Source: Candidatus Cloacimonadales bacterium
GTDB taxonomy: Bacteria > Cloacimonadota > Cloacimonadia > Cloacimonadales > JAFGVF01
Length of the DNA: 64,000 nucleotides
NCBI GenBank assembly: GCA_963677495.2
Contig: CAXXOU010000004.1
Span: forward strand, 640,001 to 704,000
Direction of reading: 5' to 3'
The translations under genes were made by a program, and so were the position numbers. Position 1 is the first letter of the stretch, and each line of letters begins with the position of its first letter. Positions 1-11,200 of the stretch are shown piece by piece. Below the pieces are notes generated by a model. The model saw nothing but the letters and a program-made list of their open reading frames with translations, had not been told where the DNA came from and did no database searches.

Positions 1-1865
1 AGCGTCTTGGTCCAGTCTCATTGGATAGAGTTTATCTAATGATGCATCCGGGATAGTGAAGTGTACACCCTCTTTGTCTCTAAGCTGTCTGATATACCAA
101 GGTGTATTGAGCAGACTAAGGTTAGCTACTGTTACATCCTTTCTGATACCAAAACAATGCTTATCCTTGTATTCTTTAGCCTTATTAATCGCGTCCCAGG
201 TAGCTTTGTCCGGTTTAACCATCGTCATCGGACGTATAAACTCTTTTGCATAAGGCTCTTCAACAGCTTGTGCATACCAAAGAGGGAATGTATCGTTATC
301 TCCATTTGTAAATATAATAGCATTCTCTTCTAAAGAGTTTAGAAAGTTCTGACCATAATCAAGAGCTACAAACTCTTTTGATCTGTCATGTATCTTGTAT
401 TGTGATGCCATGTTTAGAATAGGAAGAGCAACAACAATCGCAATAAGTGCAGTTCGTATAGCTTTATTCTTACCGAAGTTGGCAATAAGAGCAACTGAAC
501 CCCAAGCCATCCAGAATGTCCAGAAGTTGTAAGCTGTTACAAAGAAATAATCTCTATCTCTAACCTCTGCATCAGAAAGGTTCATAATGAAGACCATAGC
601 AAGTGAACCCATGAAGAAGAGCATGAAATAGTTTATGAATGAGTGTTTATTCTTTCTGAACTGGTCGTACATGCCGTAGACAGCAAGACCAAGAACTACA
701 AATACATTAAAGAATGAATGAATGAGATTAGCAGGAATCTTTGTCCACGCAGAAAGTGTCTCAGCATTAAAGAACTGCCAACCGAAATATCTGGTGAAAT
801 GATGTGTTAACTGATACCAGAAAGTAGCCCTTCTCACCATGAATGATGTGTTACCATACTGTCTACGAAGAACGTAATTAGTGAATAACTCAAGGTTATG
901 TGGGTATCCTTCATTGATAAAAGGTCTGTCACCTGCTCTAACCATAATATAAATATGTGGTGTTAACGCTACGAGGATTAACCCAATTGTCAAAGCCACA
1001 AATCTCCAATCGAACTTCTTACGAAGTGATAGATAAAGAGCGAAAGTGAAGAGTATGAAGAACACATACTTACCAAGATCAGGGATGTGGACTTGCTGTC
1101 CAACCCCATTAAAGATATAATACGCTATTAATATGACTGCAGTACTAATTCCGGCAATAGTCCAGAATCTGGAACTCTTAACTCCGGTTCTAATATCCTT
1201 ATAAACACACATAATCAGCACAGCAGGTGCGATCTGAAGTGATGTTTGATGGATACAGAATCCCAGGAAGAAGAGATAGATAATCAAAAGTATGATATTC
1301 TGATTCTCATAGTCATCAGATCGTTCTATCCAAATCAATGTAAGCCAGACAATTATATTGATAAAGAAAGCAAGACCTGCATATACCTCAGCTTCGATTG
1401 AGTTCATCCAGAAAGTGAATGAGAAAGCTGTGTATAAAGCTGCAAGTGTTCCACCTAGGATGTTATGGAACTTGTTCTTATCAAACATACTTATAAACTT
1501 AACACTGAAAAGGTAGGTAAACATCACAGCTAGAGCTGAGAAAAGACCTGAGTACATGCTGGCAATTCTGGCTTGTGATAACGCAACCCCGAAGACTGCC
1601 GACATGAAACGTCCTAGGACAATATAAAATGGTTTCCGGGTGGATGTGGAACACCCAAAATTCTTATGCATGTTGCATATTCACCTGAATCCCAGAATGA
1701 CATTGTCTTTGCACCTGTTAAGATGTAGACAATAAAAGTTACGAGGAATATACTCAAAGCAACAATAGTATTCGTTTTAACGTCAACTATACGCTGAGGT
1801 ATATTCGCTGTGAAACTCTCAACTTTTTGAGTAGACTCAATAAATGAGTTAGCTTTTTTCTTCAT
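1..1865 (-). CDS. DUF2723/TMEM260-like membrane glycosyltransferase (GT-C type); apparent frameshift at ~1631; 3' end runs off the window start
   Basis: The N-terminus has FWDSGEY...GVPHPPGN. Restoring one C gives PFYIVLGRF and continues into FTFWMNSIEAEVY and later VRDRDYFFV motifs. It is a multi-TM protein. Confidence 0.8.
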
Positions 1866-1883
1866 TATATCTCCCGAAAATTA

Positions 1884-2944
1884 TTAACCTTTAAGACCAC
1901 TGGAAGCGTAACTGGCAATAATGTTCTTTTGTGCAATCAAGAATAGTATAAGTAGTGGTAAAACACTAAATGTTGAAGCTGCCATCAACAAGGATGTTTG
2001 TGAGGAAGCTTCTTGTGAAAAGTAACTAAGACCAACCTGAAGCACACGAAGCTGTGGACTATTAGTCATCACAAGTGGCCACATGAAACTATTCCAACTA
2101 CCGATAACCGAAATATGGAAGCAGTTGCAATTACAGGCTTACTTAGTGGTAAGACGATTCTCCAGAGCATTCCGAATCTACTGCAACCATCGATTGAAGC
2201 AGCATCAAAGAGATCTTTCGGTAATGTTTTGAAGTGTTGTCTAAAGAGGAAAATTGTAAATATATTTGCCATCCAAGGCACAATCAATGCATAGTATGTA
2301 TCAATCCAACCCAGATAGTTAAGTATAAGGTAGGAAGGAATAAGATATATGGGTTGTGGAACCATCATCATACTAATGAACAGATAGAAGATGAAATCTT
2401 TGCCATAGAACTCCATTCTTGCAAAGGCATAAGCAGCAAGTGCTGAAGTGATAAGTACACCAATAAGTGTACAGAATGCTATGATAATTGTATTTAGGAA
2501 GTATCTGGCAAAAGGTACTTTCTGGAAGGCTGTCTTGTAGTTATCCCAATGAACTCTAAACTTCTTCACTGTTTTAACACTCTCAGGCTCAACTTTCAAG
2601 TACTCATTACTCTTGAAAGTAAAAGGCACATCTTTGCCACCTTCTTTAACTTGAACTGTAATCTCATGTTCATCTTGAAGGATGATGTTACCTGACTTAT
2701 CGAATAACGCTACAACTGTGCCATCTGCATCCTCTTTCACAACATTAGCAGCAAACTTCTTACCATCAGGTGCAGTGTATTCGGTATAATGGTCTAAAGC
2801 AAAAAAGCCAACGTTACCTTTATTCACTTCCTGTTGAGATTTAATTGATGTAGTCATCATCCAAAGGAATGGTACTACCATAAGGAAGCCACAGATAGCG
2901 AGAATAGTATACTTAATGATTGATCTTATTTTCTGTTCCATCAT
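1884..2944 (-). CDS. Carbohydrate ABC transporter permease (MalG/UgpE-like), split by an apparent frameshift at ~2112
   Basis: EAA-type loop DAASIDGCS is present. Restoring one T joins ASIFSVIGSWNSFMWPLVM to ORF 1884-2084, which ends in a typical SGLKG. Confidence 0.85.
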
Positions 2945-2951
2945 TCCTCCT

Positions 2952-3887
2952 TTAATAGTGAACCTTTTTCTCAGTACGCTTCTGGAATAGAGTCAGACCA
3001 AGAATTATGAGGAACAGAACGAGTGCTACAGCACTTGCATAACTAAAGTCATTTTTATCAATACCTTGCTCAAATATATAGTAAACAATCAATTTTGTTG
3101 TTCCCTGAGGACCACCGATAGGAGGACCTGTCATCAGGTAAACCTGTGAGAAAGTTTGGAAAGTTGTAATAGTAGTCATCATCAACACATAAAATGTTGT
3201 TGGAGAGACCAGAGGGAGTGTAATGTTAAAGAACTGACGTCTTTTACTAGCTCCATCAATCTCTGCAGCTTCATAATATACATTGGAGATGTTCTGTAAA
3301 CCGGCTAAGTAGATAATTGTGTTGTATCCAAGGCTTTTCCAGATAGAAACCATAATAATACAGAAGAGTGCAAGTGAAGGTCCACCTGCCCAAGCCGGTA
3401 AATCAATACCAAAGTTCTGCATGAAAAGAGTGTTGATTCCTGTCGGTTCTGCAAGCCATTTCAAAGGTTCTAATCCAACCATACGGAATAAGTAATTAGC
3501 TAATCCACTCTGTTGGTTAAAGATAATCTTCCAGATGATGGAAACCGCAACTAACGAAGTTACAAATGGAATAAAATAAAGGGTACGGAAAAAAGATACA
3601 AACTTCTTAATACCATTTAACAATGTTGCAAAGGTGAGTGATAGTATAATACTCAATGGCACTACATAGATAACAACATAGAAAGTGTTTAGTAGTGATT
3701 GCCAGAAATATTTATCTGTAATAAGTCTCGAATAGTTTTGAATCCCAATAAATTCACCGGGTCCGGTAATCGACCAGTTAAAGAAACTCAAAATAAACGA
3801 AAGAATAATTGGTACAAACCTGAACGCTAATATTATTATAAAAGCCGGTAAGACATAAAGATAAGGCTTGAAGCTTTTTTTATTCAT
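2952..3887 (-). CDS. Carbohydrate ABC transporter permease (MalF/UgpA-like)
   Basis: YLAGLQNI...YEAAEIDGAS EAA motif, multiple TM helices, adjacent to the second permease. Confidence 0.9.
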   Translation of the reverse strand: MNKKSFKPYLYVLPAFIIILAFRFVPIILSFILSFFNWSITGPGEFIGIQNYSRLITDKYFWQSLLNTFYVVIYVVPLSIILSLTFATLLNGIKKFVSFFRTLYFIPFVTSLVAVSIIWKIIFNQQSGLANYLFRMVGLEPLKWLAEPTGINTLFMQNFGIDLPAWAGGPSLALFCIIMVSIWKSLGYNTIIYLAGLQNISNVYYEAAEIDGASKRRQFFNITLPLVSPTTFYVLMMTTITTFQTFSQVYLMTGPPIGGPQGTTKLIVYYIFEQGIDKNDFSYASAVALVLFLIILGLTLFQKRTEKKVHY

Positions 3888-4136
3888 CTGATTTTTCCTG
3901 CATACTTTATTTAGTCTAACAAAAAATATGCCTGTTTCAAGGTGTCAAATTATATTTGTGTAAAGGTGGGAAGAAGAGATTAAAAGATAAGTCAATACTT
4001 CAACAGAAATCAACTAAAGCCACCCGAGAGACCCGGAAGTTGTGCGCCTTTCGGCTTACGAGCTCCTCCCGATGATCGTCGGTTCGACTTTGTCCATTCC
4101 ATTTCTCTTCATTCACTCCGCTCAGGGAGACATACA

Positions 4137-4505
4137 CAGTGCAATTTGCAATAACTTACCGCATTTCAGGGAGTTTATCGGCCTGATAAGGCTACGGACT
4201 TCCTAAAATGCACTCCGAAGTCGCATGTACCTGATTTCTTTCTCGCGTCACGCTATCGCTGCAACGCAAGTCCGAAAGAGACATACACAGTGCCTTTTTC
4301 AATAACTTAGCTATATTTATTGCCCTTTGTACTCGCTTTTACTGCACTATCTATCAACGCACTGTGTCTGCACTGCGCACGCACTGTGAAGGCACTGCTA
4401 ACCCACTGTTTCACTGGGTGCACAGTGCGTGCACAGTGGGAAAACAGTGGGAAGACTTCGATTTGGTAAAGAGCTTACTCAAAGTTTGCGATATCGCAAA
4501 AGAGA
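4137..4505 (+). repeat. Dispersed ~370-bp non-coding element, copy A (11-nt-phased CACTG/CAGTG array)
   Basis: Aligns by eye with 24684-25002 (+) and 42457-42826 (-). CACTG at 4360, 4371, 4382, 4393, 4404, 4412; CAGTG at 4423, 4434, 4445. Confidence 0.9.
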
Positions 4506-4681
4506 TACAACTGTAAGATGACCCAGGAAGAAGTGATTCACAACGAAGTGGGAATCGCTAATTCCGATTACTCTAAGTCAGGCTGTCAATGGCAGTGAGA
4601 AATGGTACACGATGGCAGTGAAAAGTGGTACAAAACTGCCAACCTTTAAAAATGACTACTTCAAGACAGTTTGGAGTAGGT

Positions 4682-6157
4682 ATGATTGGAGTAGAAGTGT
4701 ATCATTCAATAAAAACTATGCATAAGCAAGGGCATAGTCAGCGTAAGATCGCAGAGGAGTTGTCTCTATCAAAGACAACAGTAGGTAAATACATAAATAT
4801 GACACTTGATGAGTTCATGGAACTAATAAACAATAGCATTCGTGAAAGCAGTTTTGCCATATGTGAGCAATATGTCCGCGAAAGGCTTAGCAAATATCCA
4901 CGATTAAGAGCTAGTGTACTATATTTAGAAGTTAAGAAAAAGTTCCCTGAGATAAAAGCAAAAGACAGAGCTTTCCGAGATTTTGTTCGTAAGCTAAAGC
5001 AGACTTATCCTGTCGATAAATACCGTAATTATGCAGTAATCGAGACGGCTCCCGGTGTTCAGGTTCAAGTTGATCCAGGTGAGATGAAAGTAGTTTTGGG
5101 TAATAAACGTCAAAGAGTTTATTTTATAGTTTTTGTGCTTTCCCACTCGCGTCAAAGCTATGTCCATTGGAGCACAACACCATATAACACATCAAGGTTT
5201 ATTGAAGCTCATCGTGAAGCTTTTATCTATTTTGAAGGTATCCCTTCAGAGTGTGTTTACGACCAGACAAAGCTTGTAGTAATACAGGAACGCTATCGGG
5301 AAGTAATCTTAAATAATCAGTTCCATCAGTTTGCAGCAAAAACGGGCTTTCATCCTCATGTATGCGAAGGCTATGATCCACAAAGCAAGGGTAAAGTAGA
5401 GCGTAATGTCTCAGAAGTAAAGCATGGCTTTATGTATGGCAAAGAGTTCAAAGACCTGGCAGACCTGCGTTCACGCGGACTTGAGTGGCTTTTACACTTT
5501 AACGGCAGAACCCATGGCACAACCCGTAAAGTACCATCAGAAGTATGGCAAGAAGAGAGGTTAAAGCTAAAAGATATTCCAGAGTTTATCTTCACTTTAG
5601 AAGTTCGTAATGCAGATAAAACAGGCTTAATCTCGTATGAGGGTAATAAGTACTCTGTTCCATTAGAGTATCAGCGAAAACAGGTATATGTGCAAAAAGA
5701 AAAGAGCACTTTAGTGGTGATGGATATTTATACAAGAAAGGAAATCTGCCAACATGAGCTATGCACAGAAAAAGGCAAAATCATCAAAAACACTAATCAT
5801 TATCGGGATTTTACGGTAGTGCTACAAGAGCTTATTGAGCGAGTAAAGGATGAGATGAGTGAATATATCCAAGGAGAAGAACTAATCCAGAGGCTTGTTA
5901 ATGATAACCCTAAAATAGCAAGGGATCAGTTGAGAGCCTTAAGCAAGTTTAAGCGTAACTATGAAACAGATGTATGGGAGTCAGTGCTTCCTGAGGTAAT
6001 GACTCTTTCGCATGTAAAGGCAACAGCCATAGAGAAGCTTCTGAATGCAAAAGTAAGACAAATGAAGCTAAATGAATTATCAGAATCAGAACCACAACAA
6101 GACTCAGAGAGTTCATTAATAGAGCGCTCATTAGATGACTACATGAAGGTGTTATAA
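4682..6157 (+). CDS. istA: IS21-family DDE transposase IstA
   Basis: N-terminal HTH, ETAPGVQVQVD, YDQ.K, PQSKGKVER motifs. GGAG SD precedes ATG 4682. Confidence 0.95.
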   Translation: MIGVEVYHSIKTMHKQGHSQRKIAEELSLSKTTVGKYINMTLDEFMELINNSIRESSFAICEQYVRERLSKYPRLRASVLYLEVKKKFPEIKAKDRAFRDFVRKLKQTYPVDKYRNYAVIETAPGVQVQVDPGEMKVVLGNKRQRVYFIVFVLSHSRQSYVHWSTTPYNTSRFIEAHREAFIYFEGIPSECVYDQTKLVVIQERYREVILNNQFHQFAAKTGFHPHVCEGYDPQSKGKVERNVSEVKHGFMYGKEFKDLADLRSRGLEWLLHFNGRTHGTTRKVPSEVWQEERLKLKDIPEFIFTLEVRNADKTGLISYEGNKYSVPLEYQRKQVYVQKEKSTLVVMDIYTRKEICQHELCTEKGKIIKNTNHYRDFTVVLQELIERVKDEMSEYIQGEELIQRLVNDNPKIARDQLRALSKFKRNYETDVWESVLPEVMTLSHVKATAIEKLLNAKVRQMKLNELSESEPQQDSESSLIERSLDDYMKVL

Positions 6158-6158
6158 G

Positions 6159-6890
6159 ATGATAGAGATAACTAAAACATACATCAAAAGGGCTCGTTGT
6201 ACTCATATTTTGAATACTCTTGAAAGTGCAGTTTTAGAAGCAGAGAAACAGAATATGACTTATCTGGAGTTCGTACATTATCTATTTGAAAAAGAGAACT
6301 CAGGAAGGAATCAAACCAATATCAACAGAAGACTTAAACAGGCTCACATCCCGGTAATAAAGACCTTTGATGAGTTCGACTATGCTTATCAACAAGTAAT
6401 AACCAAAAGACAAGTAAAGGAGTGGAAGAACTTTGTCTGGCTGGAGCAGAGGAGGAATATAATTTTAATGGGACCTCCGGGAGTAGGTAAGACTCATGTT
6501 GCAACAGCACTCAGTTATGAAGCAATAAAGGCAGGCTATAAGGTGGTGTTTTATAATCTGAACAACCTTATCGAAGAACTTGTACTAGCTGAAGCAGATA
6601 ACAACATAGATAAATATCTAAGCAATATAGCCAAGAATGATCTGATAGTTATAGATGAGATGGGGTATCTTCCTCTCCAGACAAAGGCAGCTAATCTGTT
6701 CTTTAGACTCATCCATCTCTTATACGAATTTAGATCAGTAATCATAACATCGAATAGGTTGTTTAATGAATGGGGAGCTATTTTTAACGACAATGTGATA
6801 GCAACTGCTATTCTTGATAGATTACTCCATCACTCACAACCAATTACAATGCTCGGAGATAGCTTTAGACTAAGGAATTTTCAAAAATGA
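6159..6890 (+). CDS. istB: IS21-family AAA+ helper ATPase IstB
   Basis: Walker A GPPGVGKT, Walker B IVIDEMGY, AILDRLLHH motif. Confidence 0.96.
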   Translation: MIEITKTYIKRARCTHILNTLESAVLEAEKQNMTYLEFVHYLFEKENSGRNQTNINRRLKQAHIPVIKTFDEFDYAYQQVITKRQVKEWKNFVWLEQRRNIILMGPPGVGKTHVATALSYEAIKAGYKVVFYNLNNLIEELVLAEADNNIDKYLSNIAKNDLIVIDEMGYLPLQTKAANLFFRLIHLLYEFRSVIITSNRLFNEWGAIFNDNVIATAILDRLLHHSQPITMLGDSFRLRNFQK

Positions 6891-7083
6891 AGACTGTACC
6901 ATTTTTAAATGCCAAACTGTACCAATTTAAAATGCCATTGACAGTCAGGCTCGTTCTCGTCACAAGAAACTTCACTTATCAGCTATGTGTTCAAAGGTAC
7001 TTAGTTATAACGCAAATTCGAAAAAAGATTTGACACTTACAAGTACTAATTGATGTTTAGAAACACCCTATGTATAGAGGGTT

Positions 7084-7099
7084 TGGAACGCGAATTGCA
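7084..7099 (+). promoter_or_regulatory. Putative sigma-54 (-24/-12) promoter
   Basis: TGGAACGCGAATTGCA fits GG-N10-GC and is one mismatch from TGGCAC-N5-TTGC. It lies 34 nt upstream of ATG 7134. Confidence 0.55.
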
Positions 7100-7133
7100 T
7101 ATAATTGAAAATATATAGTAAGTTGGAGGAATA

Positions 7134-8213
7134 ATGCGTAAATTGCTTTATTTATTAATTGTCTCATTGTTATTGGTTGCATGTGCGGAAGCTGGTGATC
7201 CTGTAACTACAGAACCGAATCCTGATAACGAAGTACTGCTTTGGAATCAGAACATTGCTATCAACGGATATGCAGAGGATATCAAAGCTTATGATGACTA
7301 CGTTTTAGTTGCTGAGGATAGAGCCGGTGTATCTGTAATTGATACTGAAACTCTTGATAGAACTTGGATAACATCACTCGCTAATGATACCGGTTCACAA
7401 GAACTTATAGATAATAATAATATCGCTCTAGTTCCTGAAAGAAATATCTTTGCCTTCTCAGAGTCTGATGAAGCTGATCAAGTCATATTTGCAAACATTG
7501 AAGATCTTAACAACCCATATTATGTTGGTTACACTCTGGGTGGTGTTTCAGCAGTTAGTGAGTTAACTGTAAAGTATGTAGAGGAAGTTATTCCTGATCA
7601 GATGGGACAAGCTGTACCGATATTTGAATATACTTTATCTTCAGGTAACTATATCAAAAAAGGTGAATATGGTTATTATTATATTGAAGGTATGGAACCG
7701 GATTATTTGAATCTTGGATTTAGTGTTGATATTAATGTTGAGAACAAGATTAATGGTTTTGATGAAGATGAAGACTATTACTATGTAGCATCAGGTCAAA
7801 GAGGTTTTAAGATTGTAGAAAAAACAGCAACATCCGGTAATGTAATTGCTGATGTTGATACACCCGGTGATACTCAGAAGTTAACTATTGTTGGTAATTA
7901 TCTGTATGTTGCATGTAGGCAGGAAGGTCTTTATGTGTATGATGTAACAGACAGAACAAATCCTGTTGCTGAACCTATTTATACTAAAAGCATTTCCGGT
8001 ATAGCAGTTGATATAGATTACGATGGCAATCATTTAGCTCTTGCTTGTTCAAGTGGTGGTGTATATCTCTTTGATGTTGAAGATCCTGCTAACCCATCTT
8101 ATATAGAAAAAGATTCATCTCACTACTCACATGCATACTGTGTTGCTGTTAAGGACAACAAAGTGTATGTTGGTGGTAGAGATATAGTAGCTGTTTACGC
8201 AATAGAACAATAG
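7134..8213 (+). CDS. LVIVD-repeat (beta-propeller) lipoprotein
   Basis: Lipobox LLVAC; repeated YLYVA...GLYVYDVTD.TNP units. Confidence 0.75.
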   Translation: MRKLLYLLIVSLLLVACAEAGDPVTTEPNPDNEVLLWNQNIAINGYAEDIKAYDDYVLVAEDRAGVSVIDTETLDRTWITSLANDTGSQELIDNNNIALVPERNIFAFSESDEADQVIFANIEDLNNPYYVGYTLGGVSAVSELTVKYVEEVIPDQMGQAVPIFEYTLSSGNYIKKGEYGYYYIEGMEPDYLNLGFSVDINVENKINGFDEDEDYYYVASGQRGFKIVEKTATSGNVIADVDTPGDTQKLTIVGNYLYVACRQEGLYVYDVTDRTNPVAEPIYTKSISGIAVDIDYDGNHLALACSSGGVYLFDVEDPANPSYIEKDSSHYSHAYCVAVKDNKVYVGGRDIVAVYAIEQ

Positions 8214-8231
8214 AGAATAGATTGATTTTCA

Positions 8232-8268
8232 AATGGAGCTGTCGTGTATTCGGCAGACTCCATTTTTT
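8232..8268 (+). terminator. Intrinsic terminator-like hairpin between the lipoprotein and C25 genes
   Basis: AATGGAG-CTGTCG...CGGCAG-ACTCCATT followed by a T-run. Confidence 0.55.
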
Positions 8269-8292
8269 ATATTAAAACAAACGGGAGTGACC

Positions 8293-11200
8293 ATGATACG
8301 TAGAGGACTATTACTCATTTTATGCCTAGTCTTATCAACAATCGCTATTGCTGATAATAATCAGATTGCCAGGATTTTTAATACTGATGAAGTCGATAAT
8401 GATTACATTGATATGACTTTAACACTGCCTTGTTATTCAATTGATACAATTGAAGAAGCAGGAACCACTTTTAAGCAGATTAGATTCGATAATTCTGCAT
8501 ACTTTTTAGATTTAGGTAAACCGGAACTACCATACTTTTCATCGTTCATTGCAGTACCTGATGGGAGTTCAATTAACAGTATTGAAATACTATCTTACGA
8601 TGCTAAACAACTTAATGGTGTCATCGCTTATCCGGCACAGGATTATGAGAAACCTGAAGAGACAGAATTCCACTTTGATAGCGAATTCTACAATAGCAAT
8701 AAAAGCTATCCTTATCAAGAATCCATGATTGGAGAGTCTGCAACTTTGAGAGACCTTTATCTTTGCAATTTCTCAGTAGCTCCAATATTTTACGATCCTT
8801 TGAAAGAGGAGCTTGAAATTAGAGACAACATGAAGATAAGAGTACATCTAAACAATTCCAGAGAGTTGCTGAGTGATGGGAATACCTATTCAAGCAGCTT
8901 TGAAAAGATATATGAAGCCTATGTTGATAATTTCGATATGATTAGACATGATCTTGAACGAATCGTATCAAAAAGGATACTAATTATACATAAACAAGTT
9001 CTTGATGCATCGTTTAACGATAAGGTTACCGAGTTTGCAGAGTGGAAGATGAAACGTGGATTTCAAGTTGATACATTTGACACATCAGTTACAGGCACAG
9101 GAAATACAAGTATCAAGAACTTTATTCAAGGTCGTTATGATAACATTGATACAAGACCTGACTATTTAATAATCATTGGTGATGTTGGTGGAACATTGGG
9201 TGTACCGACATTTACAGAAAGCATCTCCGGATATGGTGGTTGTGGTGATCACCCTTATACACACTTAGAAGGTATAGATACGATTGGAGATATCTTTGTA
9301 GGCCGAATGAGTGCGGAGAATACAAACCAGTTTCTCACATTAGCCAATAAGGTTTTCTACTATGAAAGAGATATGCCACTAGCAGTAACTGATTGGTATG
9401 ATAAAATGCTGTTAGTTGGAGATACTGAGCCTTCAGGTCAGTCATGTGTATACGTTAATGAATATATTCAAGCAAATTCCAGAAGAGTAAACCCTAACTA
9501 CTCATATACTGAGTTATATGGTGGTAATCCATCACCATCTTCAATGAATACTGCGATTTCACAAGGTGTTGGTGTTTATAATTATAGAGGGTATATTGGT
9601 ATGAGTAACTGGCACCCTAATGCAAGTTCGCTTAACAATGGTGATAGATTATGTCATAGTACTATATTAACATGTTCAACAGGAACTTTTTCAAGTACAT
9701 CAACAACAGAGGAATTTATCAGATTAGGTTCTCCGACTTTGCCAAAAGGTGCATTAACAGCGATAGGAATGGCTACACCGGGGACACATACACACTTTAA
9801 CAATGCTTTAGCTTCAGGAATCTGGAACGGAATACTGAACTTTGGTATGAGAGATTTAGGCTCAGGATTGCTTGCAGGTGAACTTAATCTTTATAATCAA
9901 TACAATAATAGTAACCCTTCGCAAGTAGAATACTTTAGTCATTGGTGTAATCTTATGGGTGACCCAACAGTCACAATGTACTTAACTGTTCCAAAGCAGT
10001 TTGATGTTACTATACCATCAATAATTCCTAGTAATACAGCACTTGTACCAGTACATGTTCACGATGAGATGCTAAGTCCTATGGAGGATGCAATTGTAAC
10101 AGCATATCAGTCAGGAACTCTACATTACATAACAAGAACTGATGCTAATGGTGTTGCTTATATTGATTTACCAATAGACATGACTGGTACTGTAGAAGTA
10201 ACTGTTAGTGCAGATAACTATAAGTCCAGTATGCATGATTTAATAATCGATAGTGCAGGTGGTATTATTTATGCAAGAAGTGTGTTATCTGAAACAGTTG
10301 GGAATGATAATGGTTTAGCCAATGCTGGAGAAACTCTGGATGTTTCTGTTGCATTATATAATAGTTCTGCTTCACCTATTAATAATGTAACTGCAACTTT
10401 AACATCTACAACTGATTATATCACTGTTAATCAGAATAGTGTAGATTATGGAACAATTGTTAATGGTAATAACTCAACAGGCAATGCTGCGTTTAATATA
10501 AGTATAAATAATGCCTGCCCAGATGCATTTGTAGCATACTTAAATCTTTCAATAAACTCAGATAATGGTTCAACATACACTATTTTTGCAGTTCCGGTAC
10601 AAAATGGAGACTTAGATTTCACGTCTGTCAGTGTAATTGATTCTGCAAACGGGATTTTAGATCCGGGAGACACTGCTGAACTTCTTATTTCTATTACTAA
10701 TGATGGAGAACAGGATATTTCTAGTGTTGAAGTAGAATTAACTTCATTAAATGCTCTTGTTGTTGTAGAGGATATGAATGCTTCAATTGGTGATATCCCG
10801 GTTGGAACGACAATGTCCAATGCAAATGACCAGTTAGTAATCCGTGCAAGGTCAAACCTACTTCCCGGAATGGTAATACCATTTCAACTTAACTGCTTTA
10901 ATGCAGATGGTTACCAAGAGAATATACGATTCGATGTAGAAGTAGGTTCAGTTACTGAAAGTGATCCATTCGGACCGGATGAATATGGCTATTTTATCTA
11001 TCATAGTGATGATGTAACCTATCCTGATTGTCCTTCTTATGAATGGATTGAAATATCACCTGAATATGGTGGTTCTGGTACATCTTTGGGGTTAGATGAT
11101 CCAAGTAGCTGGACTGAGGGAGATGCTGTAGGTGCTGTTTCTATCCTTCCATATGATTTACCTTTTGATTTTACCTTCTATGGTGAGACTTACGATAGAA

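Larger units (their letters stand above)
4584..6943 (+). mobile_element. IS21-family insertion sequence, copy 1 (2360 bp)
   Basis: Ends TGTCAATGGCA...TGCCATTGACA with reiterated subterminal TGGTACA/TGTACCA motifs. Carries istA-istB. 7-bp direct repeat GTCAGGC at 4577-4583 and 6944-6950. Confidence 0.97.
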
